Shown: positions 13,311-26,180 of the stretch, one piece after another
Position numbering within the stretch: position 1 is the first letter of the stretch
Layout of the letters: the number at the start of each line of letters is the position of its first letter
Source: Octopus vulgaris
Taxonomy: Eukaryota
Assembly: GCA_951406725.2 (NCBI GenBank)
Contig: OX597831.1
Location: forward strand, 55,614,001 to 55,678,000
Length of the DNA stretch: 64,000 nt
Reading direction: 5' to 3'
Position numbers and translations under genes: made by a program
Notes under the pieces: generated by a model
What the model was told of the DNA's origin: nothing
The model's database searches: none
Seen by the model: only the letters and a program-made list of their open reading frames with translations

Positions 13311-14216
13311 CATTTTGCCACTATCCTGCTGTCTCCCACTCTCTCTCCTTCTCCTGCACTTCCCTCAGGTTGGGTAACTATGTAGTTCCTTTGCAGTAAC
13401 ACATCTGCTTCTGTTTTCATTCCTGATCTCTCTCTCTCTCTCTCTCTCTCCAGCCAGTTAACCTTGTACTTCCTCTACAGCAAGACACCTGTTTCTATAT
13501 CTTTGTCTCACTATAACCTTTCGTCATCTGACACAAGATCACCTCTTCCAATGTCCCCTCCCCTCTTGAAAAAATTTTTTTTTGTCTTGTAAGTAATTGG
13601 TGACCCTGTCAGTGCAGGTGCTACTTAAAAGCACCCAGTCCACACTGTAAGTGGTTGGTGTTTAGAAGGGCATCCAGCTGTAAAAACTTTGCCAAAACTA
13701 ACCTTGCCTGTGCTTGTGCCACATAAAAAGCGCTAAGTCCACTTTGCTGAGTGGTTGGTGTTGAGAAGGGCATCCAGCTGTAAAAATCCTGCCAAAACAG
13801 TCACAGAAGTGTGGTGCAGGCTTCTGCCTGTCCAGCTCTTGTGAAACTGTCCCATCCATGCTAGCATGGAAGGCAGACGTTAAACGATGATGATGATGTC
13901 TTGATCATGATCTGCTTTGGCATTAGATTTGAGACCTTGATTTGACTATAGGCTGCATGTAGCAACTGCTGAGCATCACTCTATGCAACATGAAATTCAT
14001 CTCTCAGTGGCATCTACCACAAGAACATTTATAAAGGATTTAAAAACTGTGACAACTCCTTGCTGGTCTTTGAATTTGATGCCATTAAGCTTTTAGTTTA
14101 GTGTTCTACTATTGATCCACTTTCCTACAAAGAAATCAACAGATCAAATGAAATGGAAATAAGTAAATTGTCTTCCAATCTTGACTGAGATTCATTAATA
14201 AACAAGTGGACAAGCC

Positions 14217-14396
14217 TTAACCCTTTTGTTACCAACCCAGCTCTGGCTCTGAGTACAAATGTCTTGTTTTCATAAGTTTTGAATTAAAACCTTCCACCAA
14301 ACCTTAGTCACAATTTATGTTCCTAACATAAGCTGAATGATAACTAAGCTATTTTACTAAATTCTTTGTTATATTTAAAGTAATTGAAAAGGTTAA
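14217..14396. mobile_element. piggyBac-type (TTAA) MITE, second family
   Basis: ttaa-ccctttt ... aaaagg-ttaa; related inverted fragment at about 7120-7295. Confidence 0.55.
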
Positions 14397-14506
14397 TATT
14401 GTCCAGCATATATTGTATACTAAATATTTTCTTTTTCATCAAATCATCTGAACTCCTGTAACATTTTAATGTGTTTTTGTTTTTTTACCATATTTTATTT
14501 TGATAG

Positions 14507-14635
14507 TCTTTCCCATATACTGATGTAATGTTTGAAAATGAACAATCTGGCAGCGGACAGTTCATGCCAGAAGTCAATGATCCAGAGTATAGTCATGCAC
14601 ATAATTCTTCTTTGTGGGAGCTGGCAATTTTACAG
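14507..14635 (+). CDS. NOC3L: NOC3L exon
   Basis: tgatag|...|gtaaaa; SFPYTDVMFENEQSGSGQFMPEVNDPEYSHAHNSSLWELAILQ matches GSG.F.PE...PEY..A.N..LWEL; phase 0 to 0. Confidence 0.95.
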
Positions 14636-15937
14636 GTAAAAAAACATCTCGGGTGTTTGTTATTAACTTATAAACTGTACAATAGATAACACTTTAGGCA
14701 GACATGGCTGCATGCTGAAGAAGTTCACTTCCTAACCATGTGGTTTCAAGTTTAGTCCCACTGCATGGCACCTTGGGCTAATGTCTTCTACAATAACCCT
14801 ACACCAACCAAAGCCTTGTGGGTGGAATTGATTAATGGGAAGTAAAAGTTTCCATGTGTGTGTATGTGTTTGTATCACCTTGTCTTGACATCGGATGATT
14901 GTTGTAAAGGAGGGTCACTGTCATACAAGCTGTGTTCCTTATTTTCAATTTACTGTGAAGATATGTTCATTTTCATCAATCCTTGGATATTACTGTCTTG
15001 AGTTCTAGGACTCATAGGAACCAGTTACTCAGTTCCCACGGCATATAAATGACTGAAAACAGGACACCAATCTGTTGCAGTAAATCTCATTTACTGCAAA
15101 GTGGGCTGGAACAACATGACATGGAGCATTTTTCTCAAGAATACAATGTACCACTCCACACAGTCAGGCTTTTGAACCCACAATCTTGTGATCATGAGTG
15201 CAGTACCCTAACCACCAGGCTGCCACATGCTTTCACTTGAAGAAATATTACCTTGCTTGGAAACAGGTGTTAGGGACAGGAAGGGCATCCTGTATAGAAA
15301 ACTCCCGTGATGAGTTCTGTCTGAACAATGGAAGCATGGAAAAGTGGATGTTGAAATGATGATTTAGAAGGGCTTGCATTGAATGCTGACACAAAGCAAC
15401 TCAAACTAAGTATAGACTCTTCGTCACTGAGTCATTGGTGTTACAAGGGCAGCTAGCTACTGTAAAAAGATTCTGCTCCAACAACTTTCAAAAATATTTT
15501 TATTGTTTCCCAGCTATTTTGCTTTAGTTGTCTGAATGGTAGAGCTTTCAGAAGAAAAAAAAAAACCCATTCCACATGACAATACAATCAGCAGTTTACT
15601 ACTATCTAACCCATATTAGCATGAAAAGACATGCAGCCTGTTGTAATTGTCTTCTGGTGATTGAAATTGATTCAGATGTTTAGTCTCAGGGCAGCCCTGA
15701 TTGTTGAAGACTTATGATCAAAAGACATTCCAACCATGTTCATCCTGTCTTTTGTTCAGACTCAGTATCCATAGAGCTATATTATCTGTGCCCTTTCTTT
15801 TTAAATGACAGTAGGATGTTATTATTAGGAGAGTTTGTCTGCTGTTTCTAGTAGGTCAGATGACTAAATATACTTGCTTATTGCTTGACACAAACCATCA
15901 TCAGCTGATGGTCTGAGTTTGTAATTTAATGTAATCA

Positions 15938-15954
15938 TTCTTCCTTCCTTTTTT

Positions 15955-16002
<48 letters not shown>

Positions 16003-16176
16003 TCCTCCTTTCTTTCCTCCTTTCTTTCCTCCTTTCTTTCCTCCTTTCTTCCCTCCTTTCTTCCTTCCTTCCCTCCTTTCTTTCTTTCTTCCTTTCTTCC
16101 TTCCTTCCCTCCTTTCTTCCTTCCTTCCTTCATTCCCTCCTTTCTTTCTTTCTTCCTTCCTTCCTTCCTTTCTTTT

Positions 16177-16232
<56 letters not shown>

Positions 16233-16234
16233 TC
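15938..16234. repeat. Polypyrimidine (TTTC/TTCC)n microsatellite
   Basis: Direct read. Confidence 0.95.
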
Positions 16235-16635
16235 ATTAGTCCAGTGATAGCCGCCTTGTTCTTCAATTGTAGACTTTAATGGCTACTACTGCTTGGAGTG
16301 CATCAGCACAAATAACTGGAGAATTTTAACAGCTGCTTCCTCTGCTACATCTGCCATGTGCCCTCATTAGCATGAAAATCACAGAAGTGACAATATTTCA
16401 TCATCACAGAAGCACATGATACCCTGACTGCTGCAGTGGCAATCCCTATTCTTGACATCCAAGAACTGCTATTCATATTGTAGGATACAATACATGCACA
16501 ATGAAGCTTTAAGGGAATTTCTTGGTATCACTCTCTTTGTTACGGGGGAGATAAACCCTGTGGAAATGGGTGACCCAGAACAACTAGTAATTCTTTCAAG
16601 CTGCAGGAAATGCAATTTATCTGAAACCACATTAA

Positions 16636-17991
16636 CCTATTAGCATTTAAACCTGGCTGTGTCCTGCTCAAATATTCTATCTATTTTTATGTTCAAACCA
16701 ACCAAATCTGACCTCTTACGCTTACCCTACACTTCATCGAAATCTGGGAACTATGAGACATCATCATCATCATCATTTAGCGTCCGTTTTCCATGCTAGC
16801 ATGGGTTGGACGGTTCTGCTGGGGTCTGTGAAGCCAGAAGGCTTCATCAGGCCCAGTCAAATCTGGCAGTGTTTCTACGGCTGGATGCCCTTCCTAACGC
16901 CAACCACTCCGTGAGTGTAGTGGGTGCTTTTTACGTGCCACCCGCACTGGTGCCAGCCAGAGCTGGCAAACGGCCACAAACGGATGGTGTTTTTTATGTG
17001 CCACCGGCACGAGGGCCAGGCGAGGCTGGCAACGAACACGAAACGGGGCGGTGCTGGCAACGGTCGCGAAACGGAAGGTTCTCTTACATGCCACTGGCAC
17101 TGGTAACACATCTGCAATTTCCATTGATCGATTTCCATTGATCGATTTCGATTCTGATCCTCACTTGCCTCAATGGGTCTTCACAAGCAGAGTTTCGACA
17201 TGCCACCGGCACTGGTAGCACATCCGCAATTTCCATTGATCGATTTCGATTCTGATCCTCACTTGCCTCAACACGTCTTCACAAGTAGAGTTTTGTGTCC
17301 CAAGAAGGGAAGGTATGCATACGTAGGCTGGCTCCATCCCATGTAGAAGGCCACGGGTTGTGGACTCACTTGTCCTGCCGGGTCTTCTCGCGCACAGCAC
17401 ACTTCCAGAGGTCTCGGTCTCTAGTCATTTCCTCGGTGAGACCTAAAGTTCGAAGGTCGTGCTTCACCACCTCGTCCCAGGTTTTCCTGGGTCTGCCTCT
17501 TCCACAGGTTCCCTCAACCGCTAGGGTGTGGCACTTTTTCACACAACTATCTTCATCCATTCTCGCCACATGACCATACCAGCGCAAACGTCTCTCTTGC
17601 ACACCACAACTGATGCTTCTTAGGTCCAGCTTTTCTCTCAAGGTACTTACACTCTGCCGAGTGTGAGTACTGGCATTACACATCCATCGGAGCATACTGG
17701 CTTCATTTCTAGCGAGCTTACGCATATCCTCAGCAGTCACGGCCCATGTTTCACTGCCATGTAGCATGGCTGTTCGTACACACGCATCATACAGTCTGCC
17801 TTTCACTCTGTGCGAGAGGCCTTTTGTCACCAGCAGAGGTAAGAGCTCTCTGAACTTTGCCCAAGCTATTCTTACTCTAGCAGTTACACTTTCAGCACAC
17901 CCGCCCCCGCTGCTGACTTGGTCACCTAAAATTCAAAACAATCTGAATAAATAAGCATTACATTCGACAGAGTATTCTGAATGCTAAAAGG
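16636..17991. mobile_element. piggyBac-type (TTAA) MITE interrupted by an RTE insertion
   Basis: ttaa-cctattagcatt ... aatgctaaaagg-ttaa; partial copies at about 20940-21115 and 22770-22957. Confidence 0.65.
16759..17928 (-). mobile_element. RTE LINE, 5'-truncated, young
   Basis: Open 154-aa RT C-terminal frame at 17366-17830; tandemly repeated 3' UTR; (GAT)n tail. Confidence 0.92.
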
Positions 17992-18665
17992 TTAAAGACA
18001 GCCTGTTCTCTCAAAGTGTTCTGCTCTAGACTTTGTCTTCCTGTACTAACCCATAAGTCAGCAGAGACTGCAAGTAGGTCACACACCCCATACTTTCCCA
18101 CAACTTCTAAGGTCCCCTGTCAATCTTTCTCTGAGATGTTATGGCAAGTACTAAGAGTTCATCACACTCAAAGGGATTATGATGTCTATTTCACTATCTC
18201 AAGTATTTCTGTCCTTATGTGCTGCTACTGTTAGATATTCGTTGACCTTATATGTTCATCTGTACTTTTGACATGCATTATTTCTTTTGTTCTGCTGGGT
18301 TTTCGGGCAGCCCTCCTAACCAGCCATATAACAAGATATACTGGATCTCTCTCTTTCTCTGTCTGTCTGTCTGTCTCTCTCTCTCTCACACACACACACA
18401 CATTCTCTCTCTATCTCTCACACACATTCTCTCTCTTTCTCTCTCTATCTCTCGCACACATTCTCTCTCTTTCTCTCTCTATCTCTCACATGCACATTCT
18501 CTCGCTGCTGTTACGAATTGGTATTGTTTGAGATTATGTAACACAAGTATTACTCGCATGGTATTTTCATTAGGTTACTGACATGGTTTTGACCTTTTTT
18601 TTTTATTACTTTCTTATTGTTAAACTTTTATAGACTGACATATATGTATATATCATGGTTTTCAG

Positions 18666-18763
18666 AAACATGTTTGTCCAGATGTTGTCAAGTTTACCAA
18701 TTATGTGGCTCACCAAGCACCCTTGTCCGGTAAAGGCCAACTACCAGCACATCTTTCAAAACT
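18666..18763 (+). CDS. NOC3L: NOC3L exon
   Basis: tttcag|...|gttagt; KHVCPDVVKFTNYVAHQAPLSGKGQLPAHLSK(L) resembles [32 protein letters not shown]; phase 0 to 2. Confidence 0.88.
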
Positions 18764-19043
18764 GTTAGTACAACTGTTCACTTACGTTCTTATCATTTCT
18801 ATACAATATAAATAACATTCTTTTATTTGTTTCAATCATTTGAGTGCGGCCATACTGGAGCACTGCCTTGAAGGATTTTATTCAAGCAAATCAACCCCAG
18901 AACTTATTTTTTAAGCCTAGTACTTATCATATCAGTCTCTTTTGCTGAACTGTTAAGTTATGGGAATGTAAACACACCAACACCGGTTGTCAAGCTGTGA
19001 TGGTGGTAGTGGTTGTGAGACAAATACAGACACACACACTCAC

Positions 19044-19089
<46 letters not shown>

Positions 19090-22000
19090 CAGGTTTCTTT
19101 CAGTTTCTTATTTCTTTATTGCCCACAACGGACTAAACCTAGAGGGGACAAACAAGGACAGACATTATATATATATATATAATGTGTGTGTGTGTACATG
19201 TATTTGTGTGTCTTACTGTCTCCTTGCCTTGACATTATGTAATTGTTGTAAATGAATGTTTATCATACAAATGGTGTCCTTCATTACCAATCATTCCTGA
19301 AAACATGTCTGGTCATGGAAAAATGTTACCTTACTTGGAAGCAGGTGAGGGTTGGTGACAGGAAAGGCACCCAGCTGTAGAAAATTCACTTCAACAGATT
19401 CCCTCCAACCCATGAAAGCATGGGTGGAGAAAAGTAAAAAAAGACATTAAAACAATGATGAGGGGGAATATTTTAATAGAGGCAGTTTGAGCTGGGTTGA
19501 TATTAAAAGGATAATTCACATGGTTTACACTCATGTTACAGTAGAAAACACCTGGACTACTCTTTCACTGCAGTTGGTGAAACGAAAGTCATCCTCATCA
19601 TTTAATGTCTGTTTTCCATGCTGGCATGGGTTGGACGGTTTGACAGGAGCTGGCTAGGCAGTGAACTGCACCAGGTATGGCCTTTAAAGGCTGGATGTGT
19701 TTTTGCATGGTCTTCAATGGCTGGATGTGTTTTTAATCTGGTACCACAGAATCCAAAGCAAAAATATATAATCAGAAATGCCCAAATGTATCAACAGAAC
19801 CACTACAAAATGCATTGTTTCTGTGAGCATTAAAGGGTATGTATAAGGTTGGTTGGTGTACAGTAAATCAATCTCACTCGTGTTAGCATAAAAAGGAAAA
19901 AGAAAAAGATGGAAAACCAGATGGTGTTTATGATTGATTATATATGGATGGATGTATGTATGTGTGTGTATATATATATATATATATACACACACATACA
20001 CACAAGCACAGATAAATATATATATATATATATATACACACACAGATAAACATATATTGTGTATATTTTGTATTGATTTTAAGCAGTGTTTTAAAACCAG
20101 ATCCATTTCTTCTTGCAATGAAATAACATATATGCATAATTATTTTATTCCTTTTTGTCTTTTATTTTTACTTTTTTTTTTTTGTCATGTTACCATGTTA
20201 TTTTTATTAACGACTGAGGTATGCTAATGAGGTAGAGTAGGTGTTATCTGGCTTATTGCAACACACTGAAATGAGCTTGTGAAATAGTTAACAAATCAAG
20301 TGTCTTCCTCAGTTGGTGTTTTCTTCTTTTGTGAGAATGGATTGAAATTTAAGATTTGGATAATTAGTTCTTTTGGAGTTTGACACTGAAAATATTTTCA
20401 CGTAATTATCAGCTGGTATTTTTCTACATTCTATATCTTGACATTCAGCTGTCTTTTAAGTAGAACAGGTAAACTTGCTGAAATTTGTATGAATTTCTTC
20501 ATTTATTTCTTTTAGTTGCCATTTTTGCTTTTATAGGTGTGAACCACTTGCAAAACTAAACACAAACTCTGAGAATAAAGAAATAGTCAAAATATTATGA
20601 TATTTATGACACCACAGACAAAAATATGGTTTTAAAAAAAGGTCAACCTGCCAAAGCTGTCAAAACATTTAATTGGTTTATTTAAATTTTTTTTTCTTAA
20701 TCACAATTTGTGAACAGGTTTCCACTAAGCTACTAGTTCACTATACCTCTGAAGGCAAAAGTTGTATTAGGGTAACTTAGTGCAGAATAAATATTGCAAG
20801 GGAACTGGTTTGAAAAGCACAACTTTTTTTTTTTGTCTCTTATCTTTCATCTGTGTGAATTAGTGAACAATAGAAATACGCCCTCCCCCCACATACACAT
20901 CAGTAAAAGGTTTTAGTTTCCTTTACCAAATCTCAGTCTTAATCCTTTAGCATTCAGGTTACTCTGTCAGATGTACTGCTTATGTATTCGCATTGTTTTG
21001 AACTAATTATCTTGTAGCTTTGAGATTTTGATGAAGTGATTTATTTTTGGGATAACATTGTTGGGTAGGTGTGAGAAGCCAGATCTTGCCGTTTTGAACA
21101 TGAAACAAGTACAATGTAATAGAAATCTCTTGCTCAAAGTGCCATGCAGTGGAATCTAATCTTGATCTATGTGGTTCGAAATTGAAGTCCTTAATTTCAC
21201 ATTCATACCTACATGTAAGAATCTATTGATTCTCGCTTGTAGACATCGAGTTCCGGTTAAGAACTCCATTGTAATCAATAGTAATGTACAGTTGCTTACA
21301 GTATACTGCTGGTATTTTGTTTACTTACATTTCTTTTTTCTTCAGTTTAGTTCTTATGAAATGACAATAATATAAATTGAAGGCCGTATGGTTAAGAAAT
21401 TTGCTCTGCAAACATGTGGTTCTGGATTGAATCTTACTGCATGCTACTTCCTATTTCTTTACTGCCCACAAGGGGCTACACACAGAGGGGACAAACAAGG
21501 ACAGACAAACGGATTAAGTAGATTATATTGACTCCAGTGCGTAACTTGTACTTATTTAATCGACCCTGAAAGGATGAAAGGTAAAGTTGACCTCAGCGAA
21601 ATTTGAACCCAGAATGTAATGGCAGACAAAATACCGCTAAGCATTTCACCTGGCGTGCTAACGTTTCTGCCAGCTCGCCGCCTTACTGCATGCCACTTCT
21701 AACATCACCTCAAGTTGTCCAATGTCTTGAAGTTGAAATATGGTCAACAGAAACTATTTGGAAACCATGTGTTGGTTTAGTGGTCAGCATGTGGTTTACA
21801 ACAGACAAAGTTTAGTTGCCATAGGTGATCTTACAATATTTTTCTGTCTTCAATGTATAAAACAAATACAATACTATATCTTGATACTTTGGGACTGAAT
21901 GTCCCATTAACAGATCACTGATATGAATAATTCTAACTTGTTAGGTCAAGACTTCTAATTTAGATGGTTGAAACTGTCTGGTCACTTTGATTGAGTGGTT

Positions 22001-22249
22001 AGCACAGTCATGTGATTTATGGCAGATATAAGGCTTGATTTTTGTGGGCCATCTTACAACTAATTTCTGTTTTACACACATATGCATATATATGTGTGTA
22101 TACATATGTATGTAGCGTCATCATCGTTTTAATGTCCACTTTTCCATGCTTGCATGGGTCAGACAGAACTTGTTGAGGCAGATTGTCTATAGCTGGGTGC
22201 CCTTCCTGTTACCAATGACATGTATATATATATATATATATATATATAT

Positions 22250-22767
22250 CCGAGGTAGAGGTAGACCCAGGAAGACATGAGATGAGGTGGTTAAGCATGA
22301 CCTTCAAACGTTGGGCTTCACAGAGGCAGTGACGAAAGACTGAGATCTCTGGAGATATGCCATGACTGCGAAGACCTGACAAATAACGTGAGTTCATGGG
22401 TGTTTATTGCACCAGCTTCATATAGCAGCCCCAGCCCATCCAAAGTACCTTTGGATCACAAGACGGCCTGCTGTGCTTGAGAAGATCTATTGAGTCAAGT
22501 ACATCAACATCAAAATAAAAATCAAATGGAAATTGTAGTTGTGATATCTGTGCCAGTGGCACGTAAAAAGCACCATCTGAATGTGGCCGATGCCAGCGCC
22601 ACCTTGACTGGCTTCCCTGCTGGTGGCACGTAAAAAGCACCAACCGATCGTGGCCATTGCCAGCCTTGCCTGGCACCTGTGCCGGTGGCATGTAAAAAAC
22701 ACCTACTACACTAATGGAGTGGTTGGCATTAGGAAGGGCATCCAGCTGTAGAAACACTGTCAGATCA
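22250..22767 (+). mobile_element. RTE LINE 3' fragment
   Basis: RGRGRPRKT..VVKHDL followed by the family 3' UTR. Confidence 0.85.
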
Positions 22768-23008
22768 ATGCTTGTTTATTCACATTAGTTTGAATTAATT
22801 ATGCATGATCACATAGCTTTGAGATTTCGATGATGTAATTGTTTATTTTTAAAATGGCATGCTAAGGTAGGTGTGAGAAGCTGGATCTCACCAGTTTCAG
22901 CACAAAACATGTAGAATATTTAGGTCTGATATGGCAAGTTTAAATGCTAAAGAGTTAATGTTTCTCGGCATGTACTAACTATATTGCTATTTTATTTCTT
23001 TTTTACAG

Positions 23009-23084
23009 GTCAGCAGTGGATTTATATGAAAAGTATCATGAAGAGACTATAACTAAATTTGCAAATTCTAAGTTAAATAAATAA
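23009..23084 (+). CDS. NOC3L: NOC3L probable terminal coding exon
   Basis: ttacag|; (L)SAVDLYEKYHEETITKFANSKLNK* resembles SATELFEAY; phase fits the previous exon; TAA at 23082-23084. Confidence 0.82.
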
Positions 23085-23088
23085 TTTT

Positions 23089-23094
23089 AATAAA
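23089..23094 (+). terminator. Candidate polyadenylation signal of NOC3L
   Basis: AATAAA 4 nt after the stop, followed by a GT/T-rich tract (tgtttgtatttttgttt); a second AATAAA at 23076-23081 abuts the stop. Confidence 0.55.
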
Positions 23095-26000
23095 AAATGT
23101 TTGTATTTTTGTTTGCATATTTTGATATTTCTTAAAAACCATCTTGACCAGTAGAGTAGTAGAACTGGGTACTGTGAGAAAATATTACCTTGCTTGGAAA
23201 CGGGTATGGGTTGGCAACAGGAAAGGCAACTGGCTGCAGAAAATCTACTTCAACAAATCCAATCTGATATATATGTACAGCATGGAAAAGGAGACATTAA
23301 ATGATGATGGCTGTGTGTGTGTCTGAGAGAGAGAGAGGCATATGTGATTAGGTAGTTTGCTTTCCAACCATGTCGTTTCAGGTTCAGTCCAAGTGTGTGG
23401 CACCTGGATAAATATCTTCTATAGCTCCAGGCTAACTAAAGGTTTGTGTGTGGATTTGGTAGACAGAAACTGAAAGGCCATCATGTGTGTGTGTGTGAGA
23501 GAGAGAGCGAACTTTTAACCACTCATACAAGTGGGCTTACATTATCATCATAGTTCTTTATAAATACCCTTTAAATTAAAGTCACTTTTAACTTTCTATA
23601 TCATCCTCAGTATCCCCTACTCTTATGCAGAGAATGTTTTATGCAATCAATTTTTGTATTACCCATGACTTTTTTTCTTTTATTTTGAGACCTTCAAGAT
23701 TAATGCATGGCTTAGTGGTTAAGTTGTTGCATTCACAATCACATGATTGTGGTTTCAATTTCTGAACTGGGCAGTGCATTATGTCCTTGAGCAAAACACT
23801 TCATTTCACATTGCTCCAGCCCACTCAGTTGAAAATAAGTATCCCTGCGACTGACTATCATCCTGTTCGAGGGGAAATGTTGTGACCTTGGTCACTTATA
23901 CTGGGTAACCATCCCTGTGAATCCTAGGGCTTAATAATGTTCAGGTATTTATGATGAGGAGGATGAAGACTAATTGGAGGAAGATACCCTAAAAACACAA
24001 CTGCCTTGAATGCTTGCAAGAGAGTGGGCTCTTCCAAAGACTCTTGGGAGCCAGGTGATGGTATTAAATTGATTGATGATTAAGTCTACCACCCAAGTTT
24101 GCCACAGTGGGATTAGAACTCAGAATGCAAAGAGCTGAATAGATTGTGTAAAGTCTTGTGTTTGGTATGAATGAATTTGGCAATCCATCACCCTTAACTG
24201 GTATTTTATTTATTGATCCTTGAAGGAGGGTACCTGTGGATGAGTAAGCCCAGGAAGATATGGGACAAAGTGGTGAGAAAGAATCTTTGGACACTGGGCC
24301 ACAATGAAGAAATGACAAGGGACCAGGAAATGTGATTTGCTGTACTTCACGAGACGCGTCAAGCTAAATAAAATTGCTGTCTTCCACACATACAGGCTTG
24401 TCCTTTCAGGTGCTGGTGCCACTTAAAAAGCAGCCAGCACACTCTGTTAAGTGGTTAGCATTACGAAGGGCATCCAGCTGTAGAAACCATACCACCACAG
24501 ACAATTGGAGTTTGGCCAGCTCCATGTCAAACAGTCCATCCCACGCCAGCATGGCAAGTGGACATTAAACAATGATGAAGGATGAAAAGTAAAGTTGATC
24601 TCAGCAGGAATTGAGCTCAGAATGCCCAAAACTGGAATAAATACTGCAAAGCAATTTGTTTGATGCTGTACCAATACAATTCCATAGATCGGTGGTTATC
24701 AACTGGGGTCCAAATAAGATTTTGCAAACATTTCATCATCGTTTAACGTCCGTTTTCCGTGCTAGCACGGGTTGGACGGTTCGACTGGGGTCTGGGAAGC
24801 CAGGAGGCTGCACCAGGCTACAGTCTGATCTGGTAGTGTTTCTACAGCTGGATGCCCTTCCTAACACCAACCACTCTGTGAGTATAGTGGGTGCTTTTTA
24901 CATGCCACTGGCACAGGTGCCAGGGGAGTCTGGCAGCGGCCATGATCAGTTGGTGCTTTTTACGTGCCGATCGTGGCCACTGCCAGACTCCCCTGGCACC
25001 TGTGCCTGGCACATAAAAAATTATCTGCAATAAATTGGTTATACTTTTACAATAGACAAAATATTTTAATTATATTTATACAATTCTTAATAATATTTAA
25101 TCATAAAAATATAATAGAATTTTTTAAACATTAAATGACTGGTAGTCTCTATCCAAATAAAATGAGAATCAAAGGGGTCCATAGGTGTAAAATGTTTGAG
25201 AAACACTGTTAAAGATGATAATGCAGTAAATTTGAAAGGCAGTACCACATTAGGAATGCTTTCATTTATATACCATGGTTTAGGCCCTAAGTGCCATTAG
25301 AATCATAAGGGTACCATCTTGGGTATTTTTAGGCCTAGTGGTCAATTTCTTTCAGAAAAAAATTGAGAGAGAGAAAGAATTTTTGTAGCTCCTCACTTCC
25401 CCAAGCAATCCTAACACCTTGAGGAAGAAGGGGAAACTCACTTTGGTAATTACTGCATCCCACCTTGGTTACCATTATTATACAAACACTTCTTGGCAGG
25501 AAGTAGCATTCAGTTTGGTAAGCACTGTTATTCTAACACCTCTTGGGGGAAGGTACCACTAGATTTAGTAATCATCTCTTGGAAGGAGGTAATACTTATT
25601 TTCATAATCACTGCCATACCAACACTAATTTGGAGGAGGTACTCACTTTGCTTCTTAACTCTTTTTATTTAGTATCTATTATCTTTTACTTGTTCCAGTC
25701 ATTAGACTGTGGCCATGCTAGGGCACCACCTTGAATTTTTAATCGAATGAATTGACCACAGTACTTTTTAAAATTTGGTACTTATTCTATCAGTATCTTT
25801 TACCAAACTGCTAAGTTATGGGGATGCAAACACACCAACACTAGTTGTCAAGAGGGAGGGGATGGGGGTGGAAACACAGACAAAGACATATACACTCATA
25901 GATACACCTATATATATATATCATCATCATCATCATCATCGTTTAACGTCCATTTTCCGTGCTAGCACAGGTTGGACGGTTTGACTGGGGTCTAGAAAGC

Positions 26001-26128
26001 CAGGAGGCTGCACCAGGCTCCAGTCTGATCTGGCAGTGTTTCTACAGTTGGATGCCCTTCCTAACGCAACCACTCCATGAGTGTAGTGGGTGCTTTTTAC
26101 ATGCCACCGGCACAGGTGCCAGGAGAGG

Positions 26129-26180
<52 letters not shown>

